64,000 nucleotides of DNA from an uncultured Nitrospiraceae bacterium (GCA_963846575.1 CAWJWJ010000002.1:1600001-1664000); one strand, 5' to 3'. Counted from the stretch's first letter, positions 1-10,294 are shown. Made by a program: numbers and translations. Notes: generated from the sequence alone by a model not told the origin.

Positions 1-552
1 CGATTGATGCACCTCATTTCGACGATTCTGGACCTGTCGAAAATGGAGGCCGGGATGATGGAGTACCGGTTTGCCCCGACGGACCTGAAACGGCTCGCCG
101 ACGTCTCGGTGAATAAGATTCGTTTGCTGGCGGACGCCAAACATGTGCAGCTTCTGGTTGAAGCGCCGGTCGCGCGACATTGGGTGCGCGCGGACAGCGC
201 GCGCATTGAACAGGTACTGGACAATCTTCTGTCAAATGCGTTGAAGTACAGCCCGGAAGGAGCCGTGGTGAAGTTACACATGACACCAGACCTTGGGGAA
301 GGGCTGCTGTTTGTCGCCGTCATGGATGCAGGACCTGGCATTCCTGCCGAAGAAGTTCCCCATATTTTTGAGCGGTTTTATCAAGGCCGTACCAAGACGA
401 GGCATGCCTCCGTCGGCAGCGGACTTGGACTCGCTCTTGCAAAAAAAGTGGTGGAAGCCCATGGTGGCCGGATATGGGTCGACAGTGAAGTAGGAAAAGG
501 TACGACAGTGCGGTTCATTCTTCGCCTGACTAACGCGCCGGTGTTTGTGTAA
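1..552 (+). CDS. Sensor histidine kinase, C-terminal HisKA/HATPase part (5'-truncated by window edge); GlrK/QseE-like by context
   Basis: N-box (NLLSNALKYS), G1 (DAGPGI), F-box (IFERFYQ) and G2 (GSGLGLA); the frame is open from base 1; followed by a lipoprotein and a sigma54 response regulator. Confidence 0.9.
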   Translation, partial: RLMHLISTILDLSKMEAGMMEYRFAPTDLKRLADVSVNKIRLLADAKHVQLLVEAPVARHWVRADSARIEQVLDNLLSNALKYSPEGAVVKLHMTPDLGEGLLFVAVMDAGPGIPAEEVPHIFERFYQGRTKTRHASVGSGLGLALAKKVVEAHGGRIWVDSEVGKGTTVRFILRLTNAPVFV

Positions 553-1322
553 TGTCGCTTCGGGGAAAGATCGGGGGGGTACTTGCCATGGGACTTGTGG
601 TGGGGTGTACGAGCATTCCCCCGCCGTCCGGTCAGACTCCGTATTTCTCAGGAGAGCCTAACAACAGTAAGATCCTGCAAGCCCTAGTGCGGAAGGACGC
701 CCAGTTAACGGCGAAATGTGCTGGCAAGGCTGTTTGCGATCATGTATTCTTCATCCGCGCGCTGGCGGCCTTATACGAGAGTCGGGAGTCGGCCATCCAA
801 TACTTTGAAAAGGTCATAGCGGTGGCGCCGAAGGGCCAACTCGCTACGTCAAGCCGGCTGTGGCTGCAGTTGCTGCGTGCAGGCGAAGTGCCGGCAGACC
901 AGTCCTGGCTGAAATCGGTGCTGATAGGACCTGCGACCGCCCAATCCCAGACGATTCTGTCCCAGGCTATCGAACGGACTGTCCATGATTTACTGGATCG
1001 GGAACTCACGATTCAGCAGTTACGGGCCCTGCAAGATAGTGAAGCTCAATCCCTCGAGGCGCTGCAGCGCGAGCTTCAAGACCAGGAGCGTAGAACAGAA
1101 CTGTTCAATTCCAGACGAGAGGGTCCGCGGATGTCCGTTGAGCCCGCCACGATTCAGAATCTCCAGCGACAACTGAGTGATCGCGATAAGCGGGTCGAAG
1201 AGCTCACGAATCAATTGGAAGCCCTGAAGCGTATCGATCAGGAAATGAGGGGAAAGACCCGTCCCATCAAACCTCCCTCAAATTTTCAACCTTCACAACT
1301 ACCGGACGCAGCTAAACCTTAA
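552..1322 (+). CDS. Lipoprotein with C-terminal coiled coil, QseG-like accessory of the two-component system
   Basis: Signal peptide with lipobox VVGC; TPR-like segment; coiled coil ending QLEALKRIDQEM; sits between kinase and regulator like qseG. Confidence 0.7.
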   Translation: MSLRGKIGGVLAMGLVVGCTSIPPPSGQTPYFSGEPNNSKILQALVRKDAQLTAKCAGKAVCDHVFFIRALAALYESRESAIQYFEKVIAVAPKGQLATSSRLWLQLLRAGEVPADQSWLKSVLIGPATAQSQTILSQAIERTVHDLLDRELTIQQLRALQDSEAQSLEALQRELQDQERRTELFNSRREGPRMSVEPATIQNLQRQLSDRDKRVEELTNQLEALKRIDQEMRGKTRPIKPPSNFQPSQLPDAAKP

Positions 1323-1331
1323 GGATCCGTT

Positions 1332-2744
1332 ATGGACCAAGAACGAATTCTTGTAGTAGACGATGACGAAGGTCTGTTGCACCTCTTGAAAATGCGTCTA
1401 TCGGCCATGGGGTTCTCAGTGACACCCTGTACCGGTAGCCAGGAGGCGCTTGTCGCAAGCCGTCAGGAAACTTTCGACATCGTCATCACCGATCTACGGT
1501 TGCGGGCTGATGATGGGCTGGCATTGACCGAAGAACTTCTGCAGATTCAGCCGGGGTTGCCGGTCATCATCCTGACAGCTCACGGCAGTATTCCCAATGC
1601 CGTCGAGGCCATGCAACGCGGGGCCTTCGGCTATTTGACCAAGCCGTTTGACGACAAAGAGTTGAGGGCCACCATCGATAAGGCATTGATCCAGCTTCGC
1701 ATGACCCGCGAAATACAACGTCTAAAGTCATTGGTGAAGGAACTGTACGGCCTGGAGAATGTCATCGCGCGAAGTCCCGCGATGCATCGACTCTTCCAAA
1801 AGGTCGCACAGGTAGCGGATTCCGATGCCACGATTCTGTTGACTGGAGAAACGGGAACGGGAAAGGAGGTGTTGGCTCGGGTTCTGCATGCCAACAGCCG
1901 TCGATCAAAGGGGCCTTTTGTCGCCTTGAATTGTGCCGCAATCAGCGAGGCTCTGTTTGAGAGTGAGTTGTTTGGCCACACTCGCGGGGCCTTCACGAGT
2001 GCCTCATCCGCGAAGCGGGGACTCTTTCAAAGTGCAAATGGAGGCACGCTTTTCCTCGACGAGATCGGGGAGATGTCCTTGCCAATGCAAGTGAAGCTGC
2101 TTCGGGCCGTACAGGAACGCGAGGTGCGTGAGGTTGGCGCGGACTACGCCACGAAAATTGATGTCCGCATTATTGCGGCCTCCAACAAGGATCTGACCGA
2201 GTGCGTGAAGGCAGGAAAGTTTCGGCATGACCTCTACTATCGTATCTCGGTGGTGCCGCTTGCCCTTCCTCCCTTGCGGGAACGCAAAGACGATATTCCG
2301 CTTCTCGCCCAGCACTTCTTAAAGCAAAGCGCGAAACGGTCCAATAAAGATGTCCGAGGGTTCACACCGGCGGCAATGCATCGATTGATGATCTACCCTT
2401 GGCCGGGAAATGTACGGGAACTGGAAAACGCCGTTGAAAAAGCCGTGGTGATGTCGAGACAGGATATGGTGGCGCCGGATTTATTGCCGTCGGTTGGCGT
2501 ATCTTCGGATATGGGATTAAAACCTCTCACCGAAGCCAAGGAAGAATTTGAGCGTTCGTATCTGCGAAACGTGCTTCAGATGACGGGTGGAAATATCTCC
2601 CGAGCTGCACAATTTGCGGGCCGTTATCGGGCCGATTTCTACAAAATGTTGCGGAAGTATGGCCTGCACCCGTCCATGCTGAAGGAACGTGCCGACCTTG
2701 GACACGCCGAACTAGAAGAGATAGAGGAGTTAAAGGACAGCTAG
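1332..2744 (+). CDS. Sigma54-dependent response regulator (REC-AAA+-HTH), GlrR/QseF-like
   Basis: REC (VVDDD..ITD..KPF), Walker A GETGTGKE, GAFTSA variant loop, LFLDEIGEM, WPGNVREL; C-terminus AAQFAGRYRADFYKML resembles GlrR. Confidence 0.9.
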   Translation: MDQERILVVDDDEGLLHLLKMRLSAMGFSVTPCTGSQEALVASRQETFDIVITDLRLRADDGLALTEELLQIQPGLPVIILTAHGSIPNAVEAMQRGAFGYLTKPFDDKELRATIDKALIQLRMTREIQRLKSLVKELYGLENVIARSPAMHRLFQKVAQVADSDATILLTGETGTGKEVLARVLHANSRRSKGPFVALNCAAISEALFESELFGHTRGAFTSASSAKRGLFQSANGGTLFLDEIGEMSLPMQVKLLRAVQEREVREVGADYATKIDVRIIAASNKDLTECVKAGKFRHDLYYRISVVPLALPPLRERKDDIPLLAQHFLKQSAKRSNKDVRGFTPAAMHRLMIYPWPGNVRELENAVEKAVVMSRQDMVAPDLLPSVGVSSDMGLKPLTEAKEEFERSYLRNVLQMTGGNISRAAQFAGRYRADFYKMLRKYGLHPSMLKERADLGHAELEEIEELKDS

Positions 2745-3082
2745 TGGTCCACGTGAGGCGGGGTGGATAGATGGCGTCCCATAAGTCGTTCAAGTTTCTT
2801 GGCGGAGGTGCGGCGGATTTTTCTGATTTCAACCCCAAAGTCCCGTCCAGTGACCCATTGAACAACGGCTTCTTCCACCTCCAACGGGAACCGTTCGCCA
2901 CGGATATCCATCCGCAGCGTCAGGGGCATTCCCACTCGAACCTGGTGGTCGCCCTGGAATCGCCATCCTGCCGGCGACATATCCCATACCGTACCTTTTC
3001 CCAAGAAATCTTCGGAAAGGTAATATCCGATACCGCATAACGTCACTCGTTGGTACATTCGAAGCTTAAAGTGCTTCGGCAT
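2741..3082 (-). CDS. Stand-alone PilZ-domain protein (c-di-GMP receptor)
   Basis: RxxxR (RMYQR) and DxSxxG (DMSPAG) motifs; AVVQW..FGVE. Confidence 0.8.
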   Translation of the reverse strand: MPKHFKLRMYQRVTLCGIGYYLSEDFLGKGTVWDMSPAGWRFQGDHQVRVGMPLTLRMDIRGERFPLEVEEAVVQWVTGRDFGVEIRKIRRTSAKKLERLMGRHLSTPPHVDH

Positions 3083-3125
3083 TGTGAGGGCTCCAATCGC
3101 ATCGCGTTTGCCGACTCCGTGGTTG

Positions 3126-3494
3126 TTACTTCATACCCACGCCGTCAGGAGCCGCAGTTCCTTCGCACTCGACCGGCCTACCGCTACCGTTCAGGCGCCG
3201 TCGCACGAACTGTTCAAGTCGACGTTCATCTTCGTGTGAAGTGCGTATAAACTCGATCCCAGATCGAGATCCCTTGGTCCACCGGACAGCGGCGAGTGCC
3301 ACCTGCACGGAGGCCAGTCGGTCGGGCAAAAATAACCGTAACTGGACGTACTCTCCCCAACGCATTTGTTCAGGGCTTTCCAACAGACAGCCTGGAAGAG
3401 AAAGGTCAAGGAGCCGGCCTTCACCGATGGCGTTGTCTCCAGCAAAAATAACCGACCCTCCCACCGGGACTCGTTCGCTGTATCGAACTCGCAT
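3126..3494 (-). CDS. Stand-alone PilZ-domain protein
   Basis: RYSER and DLSLPG motifs, AAVRW..GIEF; start moved to ATG 3494, which has a GGAGG RBS. Confidence 0.8.
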   Translation of the reverse strand: MRVRYSERVPVGGSVIFAGDNAIGEGRLLDLSLPGCLLESPEQMRWGEYVQLRLFLPDRLASVQVALAAVRWTKGSRSGIEFIRTSHEDERRLEQFVRRRLNGSGRPVECEGTAAPDGVGMK

Positions 3495-4272
3495 GGGGCC
3501 TCCTTCGCTCAAGGACTTCGATTCGGTCACCGTGCAGAATCCAATTCGTCTGCAGTCGTAGTTGTATGCCATCAATAACCCTGGACCTAGTCCCCGAAGT
3601 TGTTAACACTTTCGTAGGCCGAGGAATACCTCACTCGAATCAGGCCAGCGACGGACGCCTATTCTCTAGGCCATTGCACCCTGCGGGTCCTTCGGCCTCA
3701 CATCAGGATGATTCATTGGAACAGGCGGCCAGCGTGCCACGTGTGCAGTATGACAACGCCAGGGGCCTGGAACTGCTAAATCCTGCTGGTGGAGTGCCCC
3801 TACCTCCCATGCTTTCAGCGTACACAATTGACTGGATTTCGGAATGCTGAACACCAATGATCCCTGGTGGCGAGGTGTAGTTGCTCGATGCCCTCAACCC
3901 AGGGTACCTTGATTGGCATAAATAGCGAGGAACAAGCGCGGAGTCGGGACGCCTCAAAAGGCGGAGAGAGTGATTAGAGCAGCCGTTGGTTTGAGGAACC
4001 CGATATCGGAGCGGGCAAAAGCGAAATCTTGCATGCGGCCCCCCTCCCTTCCCGATACGCATCACCTCCGGTTCGATAAGGCCGGGAGGGGTGGGCATCT
4101 CGCGCATGAATCCGACGATGAGGGACGACATCCGTCATCTCAAGCTGGAGCGCTATGAGGATGACCTCGGCGATGAGAACTATCCACATGACTTACAACC
4201 CACCACTGGCCACTACCATTGTGTCCGCTCCGCTGGGCATCATCGATGCCTACCCTGCGGGAAAGGAAAGCC

Positions 4273-4371
4273 ATGAACACTACGCAACGACTCCATGAGA
4301 TTGGAGAAAATGATCTGATGAACCAAACCTCCGGAAAACGCGATATGCTCAGAACGGTCAGGTCAGCATGA
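4273..4371 (+). pseudogene. 32-codon stub, probable internally deleted transaldolase (N-terminus fused to C-terminus)
   Basis: [42 protein letters not shown]; stop overlaps the pgi start (ATGA); the two halves resemble, from recall, the termini of pgi-linked transaldolases. Confidence 0.5.
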
Positions 4372-6038
4372 GCCGCGTCAAGCCCACTGTTCGCACGAGA
4401 CGGCCGCTGTTGACCAAGCGCCCCGTGTGGAAAGCGCTTGCCGCGCACTATAAGGCGATCCGTGGCCTGCATCTACGGCAACTCTTTGCCGACGATCCTC
4501 GCAGGGGCGAGCGCCTCAACGCCGAAGCCGCCGGTCTTTATCTCGACTACTCTAAGAATCGCATCACCGACGAGACGATACGCCTGCTGTTGCAGCTTGC
4601 CGAGGACTGTGGTCTGGCGGAGCGAATCGCGGCGATGTTCCGCGGCGATAAGATTAATGTGACGGAGCAACGTGCGGTGCTTCATGTCGCGTTGCGCGCC
4701 GGGAAGCAGGCGACGATCCTTCTCGATGGGCGGAACGTCGTCTCCGAGGTGCATGCGGTGCTCGACCGCATGGCGGACTTCTCACTGGAAGTCCGTAGCG
4801 GCCAGTGGCTCGGCCACACCGGCAAGCGCATACGACATCTCGTCAACATCGGGATTGGCGGATCCGACCTCGGGCCGGTCATGGCTTACGAAGCGTTGCG
4901 TCACTACAGCCAGCGCGACATCTCCGTTCACTTCATCTCGAACGTAGATGGGACCGACTTTGCAGAAACCGCGCGCGGCCTCAATCCCGAAGAAACTCTG
5001 TTCATTATCTGTTCGAAGACCTTCACAACGCTCGAAACCTTGACGAACGCCCACAGTGCGCGCGCGTGGACGGTGCAGCACCTCCGGGACGAGCGGGCCG
5101 TGCGCAAGCACTTTGTCGCCGTGTCAACCAACGCGGAGGAAGTGTCGAAGTTCGGCATCGACACGGCAAATATGTTCGGATTCTGGGACTGGGTCGGAGG
5201 GCGGTACTCGATGGACTCGGCCATCGGGCTCTCGACGATGATCGCCATCGGCCCCGATCACTTCCGTGCAATGCTGGCCGGCTTTCAGGCGATGGACGAA
5301 CATTTCCGCACAGCTCCCTTCGACCGCAATCTGCCGGTGCTCATGGGGCTGCTCACCATCTGGTATAACAATTTCTTTGAGGCGCAGACGGTCGCCGTCC
5401 TGCCATACGATCACTACCTCAAACGTTTTCCGGCGTACCTCCAGCAATTGACCATGGAGAGCAACGGCAAGCACGTCACGCTGGGTGGCAAGCCTGTCGG
5501 ATATGAAACCGCACCCATCTACTGGGGCGAACCGGGCACCAACGGCCAGCATTCGTTCTACCAGCTGATCCACCAGGGAACGAAGCTGATCCCTTGTGAT
5601 TGTATCGGATTCTGCCAGACCTTGAATCCGATCGGCCAACACCACGACATGCTCACTGCAAACCTGTTCGCACAAACCGAGGCGCTGGCCTTCGGCAAGA
5701 CAGCGGAACAAGTCCGTGCCGATGGCGTACCCGACTGGCTGGTGCCGCACCGTGTGTTTGAGGGGAATCGTCCCACCAATAGCATTCTCGCCGAACGCCT
5801 GACACCGGAGACGCTCGGCGCGTTGATTGCGCTGTATGAACACAGCGTCTTCACGCAAGGGATGATCTGGGATATTGATTCATTCGATCAATGGGGCGTT
5901 GAACTGGGTAAGGTGTTGGCGAAGCGCACGCTCCAACAACTTGAACAAACGGATGAACCGGTGCTCGACCATGACAGCTCGACCAATGCCTTGATACGGC
6001 GCTATCGCCACGTCAAGCGCCGCGACAAGGAAGAGTGA
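4368..6038 (+). CDS. pgi: Glucose-6-phosphate isomerase
   Basis: [45 protein letters not shown] and DQWGVELGK signatures. Confidence 0.97.
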   Translation: MSRVKPTVRTRRPLLTKRPVWKALAAHYKAIRGLHLRQLFADDPRRGERLNAEAAGLYLDYSKNRITDETIRLLLQLAEDCGLAERIAAMFRGDKINVTEQRAVLHVALRAGKQATILLDGRNVVSEVHAVLDRMADFSLEVRSGQWLGHTGKRIRHLVNIGIGGSDLGPVMAYEALRHYSQRDISVHFISNVDGTDFAETARGLNPEETLFIICSKTFTTLETLTNAHSARAWTVQHLRDERAVRKHFVAVSTNAEEVSKFGIDTANMFGFWDWVGGRYSMDSAIGLSTMIAIGPDHFRAMLAGFQAMDEHFRTAPFDRNLPVLMGLLTIWYNNFFEAQTVAVLPYDHYLKRFPAYLQQLTMESNGKHVTLGGKPVGYETAPIYWGEPGTNGQHSFYQLIHQGTKLIPCDCIGFCQTLNPIGQHHDMLTANLFAQTEALAFGKTAEQVRADGVPDWLVPHRVFEGNRPTNSILAERLTPETLGALIALYEHSVFTQGMIWDIDSFDQWGVELGKVLAKRTLQQLEQTDEPVLDHDSSTNALIRRYRHVKRRDKEE

Positions 6039-6533
6039 CGTGACTGAACGGGCTGCCGAGTCTGCCGGAGAGGATCTTAGGATATGTGGCCACGCGCCAG
6101 CATTAGGTCCTAATGGGCAACAAGAACGCTTCCCGTGGTGATTGCGCACGACGCCTCATTCAAAGACTTCTAGACGTGAGCGTTTCCCGTGGAAGCTATA
6201 AGTAGAGGCAGAGTCACTTGGAGAGTGGCTTATCTAAGATGATCGATCTAAGCCAAGGCAAAGCCTAATCGACCCGCTTTATGACGCCTGATCCTGACGC
6301 GGTGGTTTCTGTATTGATGTCGATGATTGTCCCAATGTGCCTGCGAATGGAGCTTCAGATGCTCTTTCTATGCGCGCATCCGTTACGAGAAGTGCCGAGG
6401 GTGGTTACTGTCACGATTCCTGTAGAAACGCGGCCCTCATGGGACCCTTGGGACGTATCAACAAGCGGGAACTCCCACCTATTGCTCCAGACGCATTAAT
6501 CCACTTGCACCCTACTGAAACCTAGAGGGACGA

Positions 6534-7092
6534 ATGGGCTTGACTCGAAAACTATTGGGACCCGCGTTTGCAACAATATGGTGTACAGTTTCGCTTTCCG
6601 CATGTGACGAAATCAGGGATTACTTTTCTTCGGTCTCCTTTGTTGAAGTTGCAGCAGAACGAACACGACTCATAGATGGGCTAGAGAGCTACACGAGCAT
6701 TGCTGAGCCCAAAGGCAAACTCCCTACTTGGGATGCTACTGGAGGAGAGCAGTCTCAAGGCGGAAGATAGGCGTCCTCCTTTTAACATCTATAAAATTGC
6801 TGTTCCGAATTACTCTCACTTGGGAGTGTCGGGGGAGTTGCAGGTTCAGTTTTTCAATAACCGGCTTGTAAGCACATGGTTCTACCCTGAGACTTTTGAT
6901 CAGTACATCAAAGTATTCAAAGGCAAGGGTGAGATTACTTTTCCAGAGGGGCGAGAGGGGCCCAAAGAAGCCACGGCGGCTACCTACACACACATTTGGA
7001 CTCATAAGGATTATAAGGGGCACGAATACGTCGCTTGGGAAGATGTGCGTCTTGCACGTGAACTAAGCCTCTGGATCAATCGATACTCATAG
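6534..7092 (+). pseudogene. Frameshifted lipoprotein, putative orphan immunity protein
   Basis: ORF 6534 has a signal peptide with lipobox LSAC; protein-like sequence continues in another frame near 6735 (LEESSLKAEDRRPPFNIY...WINRYS*); visibly AT-richer than the flanks; lies next to an Rhs fragment. Confidence 0.55.
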
Positions 7093-7103
7093 CTTGGGTT
7101 CAC

Positions 7104-7500
7104 AGTGCCAGCCATCCGCTGCTGCTAGATCAACAGGCATTTGCCTATGATACGGTGGGGAACCGAACCACCGGTGGTAGTGTGGTCAACCAAGGCAATT
7201 AGCTGACGGCCGATGCGAACTTTGCCTATCAGTACGACGACAATTGGAACCTGACGCGCAAGACGCTGCTCGCCACCGGCAACTGCACGAACTATTTCTA
7301 CGATGCCAAGAATCGGCTAACGCAGGTGCAGGAATTCGTCGCCGGGAATCCCACGGCTGTCACGACGAGCCGCTACCGGTACGATGGCATAGGCCGAAGG
7401 ATCGGAAAAGTCGCCAATGGTCAGACCAAACGGTACATCTACGACGGGGAGGATATTCTCCCGGAGTATGAAGGCGCGAATGTGTCGCAGGCGAGAACAT
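7104..7500 (+). pseudogene. Rhs/YD-repeat core fragment with in-frame stop
   Basis: One frame reads FAYDTVGNRT..GN*LTADANFAYQYDDNWNLTRK..YFYDAKNRLTQV..YRYDGIGRRIGK..RYIYDGEDIL; TAG at 7200-7202; no start codon and no Rhs C-terminal cleavage motif. Confidence 0.85.
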
Positions 7501-8440
7501 CTCTCTCAATATCGCCTCGCGACGAAGGATCGCCAAAGCCTGCAGCATACTCCAGTTTCACACGGCCGTGGTTTTTGGGGGAGACGCTCCTCGCGCAGCT
7601 TGAGGATGTGACAGGAAGGTTTGCCGACCTCTTCAATCATCACCAAGGCCGTTGTCGTTCCTCTGCCCACGATCAAGGCGAGGCAGAGACAAGAGCACAA
7701 GCCTGTGCCCGTTCCGATCCCCTCTACCGTTCACACAGGGTGACGAGACTGAGTGTCCCCAGTCTCCCTCGTTCGTTTCGGCACAGCGACCTGGATGTTT
7801 ATCGGCGTCTTGCCCAGCGGGCCGCGTTTACAGGCCGTGGATTTCTTCCAAGGGAAGTCCGCTGTGCCTTTGATTGTTCACGTGCCGGGGAGGCCTTGAG
7901 ATATTGGGATCTGTACCCGCGCGGAAGCATCCTGCGGGCACGCTCTCGTCTCAGACTAGTGATTAAAATAGTGCCACCTAAGAGCAAGCCCAGGACGCAG
8001 CCGTAAAAGAGGCCCGACGTGAAGGTCAGTGTAAATGGAGACGGAATATAGCGGAGCACTAAGAGAATGTCAGGCATAGCGCAGAGACTAGCATGGCGGG
8101 ATCGGGCAAGGAAACAGTGTGGACGGATGGGGCGGGCTGAGCCCTATGACAAGATTGGGTGAGCTACCCGAGAGGCGCGAGCAGACGGTGACGCTCATGA
8201 AGGAGACGGTCCGTCAAAAATGCGGGCCCATGGGCTGGTGAATAATCGATCAGGAGGCAATGCGCCGTTGACGATTCGAGCGTTGGTGGATCGACTGCAA
8301 CCACCATCGACCAGGGAGCAGCAGGGAGTGATGGATCTCACAAAAGCGGCGTGTAGACTGAATACTTATCTTGGATCTAACACCGTATTAACACCTGCCA
8401 GTTCTTCACCGGCCATTGATTCTGCAAGTGCTTGATAGGT

Positions 8441-8516
8441 TGGAGCTGGCGAAAGGAATCGAACCTTCAACCTGCGGTTTACAAAACCGCTGCTCTGCCA
8501 ATTGAGCTACGCCAGC
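8441..8516 (-). tRNA. tRNA-Thr (anticodon TGT)
   Basis: Minus strand GCTGGCGTAGCTCAATTGGCAGAGCAGCGGTTTTGTAAACCGCAGGTTGAAGGTTCGATTCCTTTCGCCAGCTCCA; cloverleaf, T-loop GTTCGA, encoded CCA. Confidence 0.97.
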
Positions 8517-8573
8517 TTACTTCATCGAGTAGTGCATCGCCCGCGAAGGAGATCCGCGCCGAAAGAGTTGCAA

Positions 8574-8602
8574 ACCCTACAATTCTTCTTCTGCGCTGTC
8601 AA
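8574..8602 (-). promoter_or_regulatory. Sigma70-type promoter for tRNA-Thr
   Basis: TTGACA-17 nt-TAGGGT on the minus strand, about 58 nt upstream of the tRNA. Confidence 0.7.
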
Positions 8603-8807
8603 GATGCGCGGCCTTCTTTCGAGTGTGATGCGGCGCTCCGTACCGCTCTAGCCCACTCGTCCTTACTTTTACTTGAATAAAGTTTGATTTACCAATAAGC
8701 TGACTCTGTGCCGAGACCGTCGATGATCTCGGCCCTTCCTGCTGTACCTGTTGGTCGGTTTGTCCGGTTCGGGACCTGTCTTTGGAGCTTGGAGAAGGAT
8801 ACCATTT

Positions 8808-10223
8808 ATGAGCCAGTCACACATTCTCGTAATCGATGATGACCCTGCCGTCCGCCAGCTGCTGTCCGAGACTCTGGCCAATGAAGGGCATCACGTGACG
8901 ATGGTGTCCAGCGGTCTGGAGGGGGTCGAGGCTGTCAAAGACCAGCCGGTGCATGTCGTGTTGACCGATCTGCAAATGCCCGGCATCGACGGGTTGGAGA
9001 CCATCGACCGCATCTCGAAGGTGGACTCCAAGATCATCGCGATCGTCATGACTGGGTACGGAACGGTCGACTATGCGGTCCGGGCCATGAAGGCGGGGGC
9101 CTTTGATTTCATTACCAAACCGTTCGAACCCGATACCGTAGGCGTGGTCGTCAAGAAAGCGCTGGACGTCTACCGGTTAAAACAAGAAAACCATCTGCTC
9201 CGGAAGGCCGTGCGGGATCAATACCGTCTGGAGCATCTCGTGGGGACGAGCGCGCCGATGCGTATGGTGCTGGATTTCGTGGAAAAGGTGGCCGATAGCG
9301 ATAGCACGGTGCTAATCGAGGGCGAGAGCGGAACCGGCAAGGAATTGATCGCCAGGATGTTGCATTTCAACAGCATGCGGCGGGACCGCCCCCTCGTGCC
9401 GGTCAATTGTGGCGCAATCCCCGAGACGCTGCTGGAATCGGAGCTCTTCGGCCACGAAAAAGGAGCCTTTACGGGAGCGGCCCACACCAGACTGGGACGG
9501 TTCGAACTGGCCCACGGGGGGACCATCTTTCTGGATGAAGTGGGCGAAATGAGCTTGCCCTTGCAGGTGAAACTCCTTCGAGTGTTGCAGGAACGATGTT
9601 TCGAACGGGTCGGGGGAACGCGCACGATCAATGTGGACGTCCGCATTATTGCCGCCACGAACCAGGATCTGGCGCTGGCCGTCCAGGAGCGGCGGTTCCG
9701 TCAAGATCTCTACTATCGCCTTCACGTCATTCCTATCCACATCCCCCCCCTCCGTGAGCGCCGCAGCGACATTCCGCTCCTGGTCAACCATTTCATCGCT
9801 CAGTTTAATCAGTTGCGCCGCACCGAGATCTCCGGGATGGAGCCTGAGGCGTTGGCGCGCATGACGGAGGAGGAATGGCCGGGAAACATCCGCGAGCTGG
9901 AAAACATGATCGAGCGGTTAGCGGTCCTGAAGAAGAAGGGATGGATTACCGTCGGCGACCTGCCTGAAAATCCGGTCAAGATGACTGCTGGAAAGGCCAA
10001 CGAGGCGCCGGAACATTTCATACGGTTCTCCGAAGATGGAATTAATCTGACCAAAGAGCTGGAACATTATGAAAATCAGCTGATCGGCGAAGCCCTGCGC
10101 AAGGCCAACGGAATTACGAGCCGCGCCGCGCAGCTGCTGCAAGTGAACCGCACCACGTTGGTGGAAAAACTGAAACGGAAGGGGTTTGATCCCAAGAGCC
10201 ACGGCTACTCGATTCAAAACTGA
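8808..10223 (+). CDS. Sigma54-dependent flagellar master regulator, FleQ/FlrA-like, with canonical REC domain
   Basis: REC (IDDD..LTDLQMP..KPF), [15 protein letters not shown]-terminal AAQLLQVNRTTLVEKLKR typical of FleQ/FlrA; first gene of the flagellar cluster; start taken at ATG 8808. Confidence 0.85.
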   Translation: MSQSHILVIDDDPAVRQLLSETLANEGHHVTMVSSGLEGVEAVKDQPVHVVLTDLQMPGIDGLETIDRISKVDSKIIAIVMTGYGTVDYAVRAMKAGAFDFITKPFEPDTVGVVVKKALDVYRLKQENHLLRKAVRDQYRLEHLVGTSAPMRMVLDFVEKVADSDSTVLIEGESGTGKELIARMLHFNSMRRDRPLVPVNCGAIPETLLESELFGHEKGAFTGAAHTRLGRFELAHGGTIFLDEVGEMSLPLQVKLLRVLQERCFERVGGTRTINVDVRIIAATNQDLALAVQERRFRQDLYYRLHVIPIHIPPLRERRSDIPLLVNHFIAQFNQLRRTEISGMEPEALARMTEEEWPGNIRELENMIERLAVLKKKGWITVGDLPENPVKMTAGKANEAPEHFIRFSEDGINLTKELEHYENQLIGEALRKANGITSRAAQLLQVNRTTLVEKLKRKGFDPKSHGYSIQN

Positions 10224-10247
10224 ACTCCCTGCCTTCGTTCCCACTCC

Positions 10248-10294
10248 GTCAAATTCTTGACCGCCTCGCTCATTAGCTTGTCGGGCTTTCTGAC
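10248..10294. promoter_or_regulatory. Two palindromic enhancer boxes (GTCAAATTCTTGAC; GTCGGGCTTTCTGAC), FleQ-box-like
   Basis: GTCA-N6-TGAC dyad about 120 bp upstream of a sigma54 site; resembles the Pseudomonas FleQ consensus. Confidence 0.55.

Larger units (their letters stand above)
6040..8440. mobile_element. Degraded genomic-island remnant abutting the 3' end of tRNA-Thr
   Basis: Pseudogene debris (Rhs, lipoprotein), locally lower GC, TAACACC direct repeat and an integrase-like tail next to the tRNA CCA end; left boundary uncertain. Confidence 0.5.

Noticed and set aside
3555..4035. TGGCATA motifs (near 3571 minus and 3915 plus) and CCGATAT (4003-4009) as sigma54 or sigma28 promoters
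   Set aside because: The -12 element or the -35 spacing does not fit the pattern of the other sites
7326..8006. 226 aa ORF as an intact gene
   Set aside because: Only about the first 58 residues are Rhs-like and continue a broken upstream frame; the rest looks like read-through into non-coding debris
8432..8680. 82 aa ORF
   Set aside because: It overlaps tRNA-Thr and its promoter on the opposite strand
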